Below the pieces are notes generated by a model that worked only from the letters and a program-made list of their open reading frames with translations, ran no database searches and was not told the DNA's origin. Shown here piece by piece: positions 58,191 to 64,000 of a DNA stretch of 64,000 bases. Source of the DNA: Vicinamibacteria bacterium (GTDB lineage: Bacteria; Acidobacteriota; Vicinamibacteria; Fen-336; JAGNNV01); NCBI GenBank assembly GCA_031412915.1, contig JANODX010000286.1:3063-67062 (forward strand), written 5' to 3'. Each line of letters opens with the position of its first letter. Position 1 is the first letter of the stretch. The translations under genes and the position numbers were made by a program.

Positions 58191-60371
58191 GTGGCTGAGT
58201 TTCTCTTCGAGATTGGCTTTGAGGAGATGCCGGCTCCCTGGCTCTCCGGCCTGGCGGATCAACTGAAGTCCAGGTTCACCATGCTCGTCTCCGACGAACA
58301 GATCGCTCCTTCGGATGCGCGAGTCTTCTGGACGTCGAGGCGACTGGTTCTGGCCGCGGGTGTGAAGCCGCGCCAGGACGATCGCGCCGTCGTCGAATGG
58401 GGCCCGGCCGCGAAGATCGCGCGGGACGCTGAAGGCAAATGGACCAAGGCCGCGGAAGGCTTCGCGCGGAAACAGGGTGTGAGTCTCGACCAGCTCTCGA
58501 TTGCGGCCAAGGCCGAGGGGAGCGCCGAGCAGTACCTGAGCGCAACCAGGCAGATCCCCGGGCGTCCCACCGGCGCGGTCCTCGTCGGGCTCCTTCCCCA
58601 GATCCTGAGGGGGTTCAACTTCGCCAGGCGAATGAACTGGGATGCCTGGCTCGACGATGGCCGTGGCGCCTTCGAGTTTGGTCGTCCGATTCAGTGGATC
58701 GTGGCTTTGCTCGACGGGGACGTTCTGCCGTTGACCATATTCGACGCGGTGGCCGGCGAGAAGGGAGCCCCGCGTGTGGTGAGCGGACGCCGATCGATGG
58801 GGAATCGGTTCTACCCCCGGGGCGCTCCAGACCGTGGTTTCGAAGTGCGCTCGCTGGGGGAACTTCAGAAAGGACTGGCCGCCCGGTTCGTGATTCTCGA
58901 TCCCGGGGAACGAACGGGAAGGATCAAATCGCAGTGTGAGGCGGCCGGAGGAGACGTTTCGGGCGAGGCTGCGCATCTCGTTCACGAGTGGGCCGACCTC
59001 GTCGAGTATCCGACCGTGGTCGTGGGCTCGATTCCAAAGGAGTTCGGCGATCTCCCGGACGAGGTTCTTGAGACCGTTCTCGCCCATCATCAGAAGGCGG
59101 TGACGCTGCCGCGCGGCCCCGATGGCTCGCCACGCTTCGCCGCGATCTCCGGCGGGGACGAGACGGCGGCGGTCAATGCCGCGCGCGGCCAGGAGCGCGT
59201 GGTGATTGCGCGCCTGAAGGACGCTCGGTTTTTCTACAACGAAGATCGGAAGCGGACGATCGAGAGCCGGGTGGACGACCTGGCCACCGTGACCTTCCAC
59301 AAGGGCCTGGGCACCTACAAGCAGAAAGCCGAACGCATCTCCCTGCTGGCCACGGACCTGGCCGGCCATCTGGGCCTGAGCCCCGAAGCGACCACGATGG
59401 CCGGGCGGGCCGCGCTCTTCGCCAAGGCCGACCTCGTCACCCTGATGGTCCGGGAATTCCCCGAGCTTCAAGGGGTCATGGGCGGCTTGTACGCGCAGGC
59501 GACCGAGAGTGCCGAGGTGGCGTCCGCGATTCGCTGGCACTATCACCCGGTAGCGATAGAGGAAGATGCCGCACCCGCCGGGAAACTCTCCGGCGCCGCC
59601 TGCGATGCGTTCTCGCTGGTCGGTCTGGTCGACAAACTCGACAGCCTGATCGGCTATCTCGGTATCGGCGTCACCCCATCCGGCAGCAGCGATCCTTATG
59701 GATTGAGGCGGGCGGGGCAGGGCGTCATTCGCATCCTGCTCGACTTCTGGAAAGCCAAGGCTCCGAACCTCGATGAGCTCGTCCGGGACGCGCACCGCCT
59801 CTATGGGCCGGCCCTTTCCAAGTCGACGGAGGATCTCCAGGCGGCTCTCCACGCGTTCCTGATTGATCGCTTAAGGGGCGTGCTTTCCGCCCGCAACGCG
59901 GGTTCGGCCGACGAGATCGAGGCGGTGCTCTCCGCGAAGGTCGACCCTCTGGCCGATGTCCGGGCGACCGCGAATCGCCTGCGCGAACTGGGGACGGTTC
60001 GTTCCGAGCAGCGAGAGGTCTTCGCGGCCCTGGCCGAGTCCTTCAAGCGCGCGAAGAACATCGTCGGCGATACGCCGGCGGGCTCAGTCGATGTGGCGGC
60101 CTTCGCCGAGAACGCCGAGCGCTCCCTCCATGCCGCCCTGGTCAAGGCCGAGGCCACGCCTTCCTCCGCCCCCGCGGTCCGGCTGAAGGCGGTGGCGGGG
60201 TTGCGCGATGTGGTCGACGATTTCTTCAAGACCACGATGGTGATGGTCGAAGACCAAAGACTGAAGACCAACCGCCTCGCCCTGCTTTCCCGACTTCTGA
60301 GCCTCGTCTACGAAGTCGCCGATCTTTCCAGGCTGGCCTCGCCCGCAGGCGAGAATGCCCGCCCTTCCTAG
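58191..60371 (+). CDS. glyS: Glycine-tRNA ligase beta subunit
   Basis: FLFEIGFEEMP, RP.QWIV, LVEYP, ARLKDARFF, EFPELQG.MG, GSSDPYGLRR, NRLALL. Confidence 0.94.
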   Translation: MAEFLFEIGFEEMPAPWLSGLADQLKSRFTMLVSDEQIAPSDARVFWTSRRLVLAAGVKPRQDDRAVVEWGPAAKIARDAEGKWTKAAEGFARKQGVSLDQLSIAAKAEGSAEQYLSATRQIPGRPTGAVLVGLLPQILRGFNFARRMNWDAWLDDGRGAFEFGRPIQWIVALLDGDVLPLTIFDAVAGEKGAPRVVSGRRSMGNRFYPRGAPDRGFEVRSLGELQKGLAARFVILDPGERTGRIKSQCEAAGGDVSGEAAHLVHEWADLVEYPTVVVGSIPKEFGDLPDEVLETVLAHHQKAVTLPRGPDGSPRFAAISGGDETAAVNAARGQERVVIARLKDARFFYNEDRKRTIESRVDDLATVTFHKGLGTYKQKAERISLLATDLAGHLGLSPEATTMAGRAALFAKADLVTLMVREFPELQGVMGGLYAQATESAEVASAIRWHYHPVAIEEDAAPAGKLSGAACDAFSLVGLVDKLDSLIGYLGIGVTPSGSSDPYGLRRAGQGVIRILLDFWKAKAPNLDELVRDAHRLYGPALSKSTEDLQAALHAFLIDRLRGVLSARNAGSADEIEAVLSAKVDPLADVRATANRLRELGTVRSEQREVFAALAESFKRAKNIVGDTPAGSVDVAAFAENAERSLHAALVKAEATPSSAPAVRLKAVAGLRDVVDDFFKTTMVMVEDQRLKTNRLALLSRLLSLVYEVADLSRLASPAGENARPS

Positions 60372-60382
60372 GAGATAAGACA

Positions 60383-63205
60383 GTGACCAAGTTCGTCTAC
60401 TTTTTCGGCGGCGGCAAGGCCGAAGGCCACAAAGACATGAAGGACGTGCTGGGAGGCAAGGGTGCTGGCCTTGCGGAGATGACCAATGCCGGGCTTCCGG
60501 TGCCTCCGGGTTTCACTATCTCGACGAGGGCGTGCGCCGTGTTCGAGGAGAACAAGGGTGCCTTGACCCCCGCCATCGACGACGAGATCTCGGAAGCCCT
60601 CGCGAAGCTCGAGACCCTCATGGGCAAATCGCTCGGTCAGGCCACCGACCCCCTCCTGGTGTCCGTCCGCTCGGGGTCGAAGTTCTCGATGCCGGGCATG
60701 ATGGACACCATCTTGAATCTCGGCCTGAACGACAGGTCGGTGATCGGCCTCAAGACCAGGACCGGCAACGGTCGTTTCGCCAAGGACTCGTATCGCCGGT
60801 TCATCCAGATGTACTCGAACGTCGTCCTGAACATCGACAAGAATCTGTTCGAGCACGAGCTCCACGCCGTGAAGAAGACGGCCAGGATCCATGCCGACGT
60901 CGACCTCTCGGAAGCGAACCTGGACGCGGTCATCGAACGCTACAAGGCGGTGGTCCAGAAGCAGATGGGGAAGCCCTTCCCCCAGGATCCGAAGGAACAG
61001 CTCGTGGGCGCTCGGGACGCGGTGTTTCGGAGCTGGGGCAATCCCCGCGCGGTCACGTATCGGCGGCTGAACGACATCCCGCATGACCTCGGCACCGCCG
61101 TCAACGTCCAGTGCATGGTCTTCGGAAACAAGGGCGACACCTCGGCCACGGGGGTAGGCTTCACCCGGAATCCCTCCACCGGGGCCCGGGAGTTCTACGG
61201 CGAGTTCCTGCAGAACGCCCAGGGCGAGGACGTGGTCGCGGGCATCCGCACGCCGCATCCCATCGCCGAGCTGCAGCGGCTCATGCCCGCGGCTTACAAG
61301 CAACTCCGCGAGATCACGACGCGCCTCGAACGTCACTACAAGGACATTCAGGACTTCGAGTTCACGATCGAAGAGAACAAGCTCTTCATGCTGCAGACCC
61401 GCAACGGCAAGCGCACCGGCCTCGCCTCGGTGGTGATCGCGGTCGACCTGGTCGAAGAGGGGATTCTGACCAAGCCGGAAGCGCTGCTGAAGGTCGAGCC
61501 TCAGTCGCTCGACCAGCTCCTGCACCCGATCTTCGAGCCCCGGGAACGGGGCCGAGCCAAAGTCGCGGCCAAAGGCCTTCCCGCGTCTCCGGGTGCGGCC
61601 ACGGGAGCCGTGGTCTTCACCGCCGACGACGCGGTCGCCTGGGCGCACAAGGGGAAGCGCGTGGTGCTGGTCCGGATGGAAACCGTTCCCGACGACATCC
61701 ACGGCATGCACGTGGCGCAGGGGATCCTGACCGCGACCGGCGGCATGACGTCGCATGCGGCGGTGGTGGGCCGGCAGATGGGCAAGCCGTCGGTGGTCGG
61801 CTGCTCGGCGCTCTCCATCAGCGCGAAGAACAAGACCATGACGGTCGGCGACAAGGTCGTCCGGGAAGGAGACGTGATCTCGATCGACGGCTCCACCGGG
61901 GAGGTGATGCTCCAGTCTCTCGCGACCTCGCCGTCCGAGGTCCTGCAGGTGGTGAACGGCACCCTCAAGGCGGAGAAGTCGCCGATCTACCAGAAGTTCG
62001 CGAAGCTGCTCTCGTGGACCGACGACGTGAAGCGCCTCGGCATCCGCGCGAACGCCGATATCCCGAAGGATGCGAAGACGGCGTTCGCGTTTGGGGCGCA
62101 GGGCATCGGCCTGTGCCGCACGGAGCACATGTTCTTCGCCGAGGAGCGACTGTCCCACGTGGTGGCCATGATCCTCGCCGCGGCCAAAGGCGAGAGGGGC
62201 ATGGCGGTTCTTCGCACCCTCGAGAAGAAACTCGCGGACGCGAACTCCGCGCAGAAGAAGAACGTCAAGGCGGAGCTCAAGGCGGCGAAGAAGAACTACG
62301 GCCCGGCGATCAAGCAGTACCAGGGCGCCCTGAAGAAGCTGATGCCGATGCAGAAGAGCGACTTCGCGGGCCTCTTCCGCGAAATGAAGGGCTATCCCGT
62401 GACCATCCGCACCCTCGACCCTCCGCTCCACGAGTTCCTTCCGAAGCGCGAGGACCTCATGGTCCAGGTCGCGGCCCGGAAGGGGAGCAAGGCCGAGCTC
62501 GCGCGAGCCGAGAAGATGCTCCACGAGATCGAGTCGCTCCACGAGTTCAACCCCATGCTCGGACACCGGGGTTGTCGCCTCGGCATCACCTATCCCGAGA
62601 TCACCCGCATGCAGGCGCGGGCGATCTTCGAAGCCGCCCTCCAGGTGGCGAAGAAAGGCATCAAGGTTCGTCCCGAAATCATGATTCCCCTCGTCGGCCA
62701 TGTCGAGGAGTTGAAGAGGCAGAAGGCGATCGTGCTCGAAGAGGCGCATCGTGTGCTGGGCAAGGATGCGGCGGGGGTGGAGTACCTCATCGGCACCATG
62801 ATCGAGGTTCCGCGCGCCGCCGTCACCGCGGACGTGATCGCGAAGGAGGCCGAGTTCTTCTCCTTCGGCACGAACGATCTGACCCAGATGGGCTTTGGTC
62901 TTTCCCGCGACGACGCGGGCAAGTTCCTCGGCCCCTACGTGGAGATGGGCATCCTTGAGAAGGACCCGTTCGTCTCCATCGACGTCCCTGGGATCGGGCA
63001 ACTCGTCGACATAGCGGTGAAGAAGGGCCGGGCCGCGAAGCCCGATCTCAAGATCGGCGTCTGCGGCGAACATGGCGGCGACCCGTCGTCCATCCGGTTC
63101 TTCCACAACGCCGGTCTCAACTATGTGTCGGCCTCGCCTTTCCGGATTCCCATCGCGCGTCTCGCCGCCGCCCAGGCTCAGCTCGAAAAGCCGATCGCGG
63201 ATTAG
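60383..63205 (+). CDS. ppdK: Pyruvate, phosphate dikinase
   Basis: LGGKGAGLAEM, SVRSG..SMPGMMDT, GGMTSHAAVV, GLCRTEHMF, FSFGTNDLTQ, CGEHGGDP. Confidence 0.97.
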   Translation: MTKFVYFFGGGKAEGHKDMKDVLGGKGAGLAEMTNAGLPVPPGFTISTRACAVFEENKGALTPAIDDEISEALAKLETLMGKSLGQATDPLLVSVRSGSKFSMPGMMDTILNLGLNDRSVIGLKTRTGNGRFAKDSYRRFIQMYSNVVLNIDKNLFEHELHAVKKTARIHADVDLSEANLDAVIERYKAVVQKQMGKPFPQDPKEQLVGARDAVFRSWGNPRAVTYRRLNDIPHDLGTAVNVQCMVFGNKGDTSATGVGFTRNPSTGAREFYGEFLQNAQGEDVVAGIRTPHPIAELQRLMPAAYKQLREITTRLERHYKDIQDFEFTIEENKLFMLQTRNGKRTGLASVVIAVDLVEEGILTKPEALLKVEPQSLDQLLHPIFEPRERGRAKVAAKGLPASPGAATGAVVFTADDAVAWAHKGKRVVLVRMETVPDDIHGMHVAQGILTATGGMTSHAAVVGRQMGKPSVVGCSALSISAKNKTMTVGDKVVREGDVISIDGSTGEVMLQSLATSPSEVLQVVNGTLKAEKSPIYQKFAKLLSWTDDVKRLGIRANADIPKDAKTAFAFGAQGIGLCRTEHMFFAEERLSHVVAMILAAAKGERGMAVLRTLEKKLADANSAQKKNVKAELKAAKKNYGPAIKQYQGALKKLMPMQKSDFAGLFREMKGYPVTIRTLDPPLHEFLPKREDLMVQVAARKGSKAELARAEKMLHEIESLHEFNPMLGHRGCRLGITYPEITRMQARAIFEAALQVAKKGIKVRPEIMIPLVGHVEELKRQKAIVLEEAHRVLGKDAAGVEYLIGTMIEVPRAAVTADVIAKEAEFFSFGTNDLTQMGFGLSRDDAGKFLGPYVEMGILEKDPFVSIDVPGIGQLVDIAVKKGRAAKPDLKIGVCGEHGGDPSSIRFFHNAGLNYVSASPFRIPIARLAAAQAQLEKPIAD

Positions 63206-63325
63206 ACCGATGCCGCGCTCTCTCCCTCGCGCCACGCTTCATCCCGCCGATGCGGGAAGCCGGCGGGTCTTCACGACCGGCGGCGTGGGACGCCGGGGCG
63301 CGGGTCGTCCGGCAGGAGGGCGGCC

Positions 63326-64000
63326 GTGCTGACCTACTTCCGGTGCCTGGAAGGGAAGATCGAGCGACGGCCCGGCTTCTCCGCGGCCGATCTGTCCGAT
63401 TTCCCGCAGGCCACGCATTGGATCGACCTCGAAGACCCGGGTGCGGAAGAGGTGAAGATCCTCGAGGAGGTCTTCCATTTCCATCCCCTGGCCATCGAGG
63501 ACACGATCGCCGACATCCAGCATCCCAAGGTCGACGACTACGGGGACTACGCTTTCCTGGTGGTTCACGGGGTTCGTTATGACTCGCCCAAGGACACCTT
63601 CGTCACTCGCGAACTCGACATCTTCCTCGGCCCCAACTACCTGATCACCCACCACGAGGGGCGGATGCGCTCGATCCGGGCCGCCCAGGAACAGTGTGAC
63701 AAGAACTGGATGACCTCGATGTCGAAGGGTGTGGACTTCCTTCTCCACCAGATTCTGGACCAGCTCTTCGAGCACTACTTTCCGGTGGTGGACGCCATCG
63801 ACGCGCGAATCGACGCCCTCCAGGAGGAGGTGTTCAAGACCCCCGAGAAAGAGACGCTCGACAAGATCTTCGCCCTCAAGCGCGACATCTCGAATCTTCG
63901 GCGCTTCTGCATGCCCCAACGCGAGATCGTTCACCGGCTGGCGAGGAGCGAGGTCAAGGTCGTCTCGCCCAAGGCCTCGATCTACTTCCGGGACATTCAC
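63326..64000 (+). CDS. corA: CorA Mg2+/Co2+ transporter (partial, runs off the window edge)
   Basis: GTG after a GGAGG RBS; WIDLEDP...FHFHPLAIED...HPKVDDY, LDIFLGPNYLIT, LHQILD, YFRDIH. Confidence 0.9.
   Translation, partial: MLTYFRCLEGKIERRPGFSAADLSDFPQATHWIDLEDPGAEEVKILEEVFHFHPLAIEDTIADIQHPKVDDYGDYAFLVVHGVRYDSPKDTFVTRELDIFLGPNYLITHHEGRMRSIRAAQEQCDKNWMTSMSKGVDFLLHQILDQLFEHYFPVVDAIDARIDALQEEVFKTPEKETLDKIFALKRDISNLRRFCMPQREIVHRLARSEVKVVSPKASIYFRDIH

Noticed and set aside
63206-63325. Mg2+ riboswitch upstream of corA
   Set aside because: GC-rich hairpins only; too short and lacking M-box consensus features.

Overview
GC-rich bacterial chromosomal segment. Gene content suggests Acidobacteriota (Vicinamibacteria-like); this is an inference. 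Most of it is housekeeping: msbA-like-gmk-rpoZ-coaBC-hfq-like, thiolase-hbd-crt-ribH-nusB-lysS, lolC/E-lolD, nagZ-ldcA-mpl, tmk-holB and recO-glyQ-glyS-ppdK-corA. Accessory or unusual parts: (1) a toxin-antitoxin island at the left end (VapBC, MNT with a truncated HEPN, a helicase N-terminal relic, RHH-RelE); (2) a co-oriented cluster in which a three-subunit HcrCAB-like molybdoenzyme sits inside a complete LeuB / LeuA / fused LeuD-LeuC 2-oxoacid chain-elongation set; (3) a ~1.35-kb inverted REP-like repeat array with nested hairpins, a smaller copy near 41.8 kb, and a 169-bp MITE with perfect 22-bp inverted repeats; (4) a DUF692 (MNIO) RiPP cassette with a Tat-signal, 12-Cys repeat precursor directly upstream of and co-oriented with oleA-oleB-oleC, which lacks oleD. 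No rRNA, tRNA or CRISPR array was seen. All calls come from motif recognition by eye; no database searches were run.
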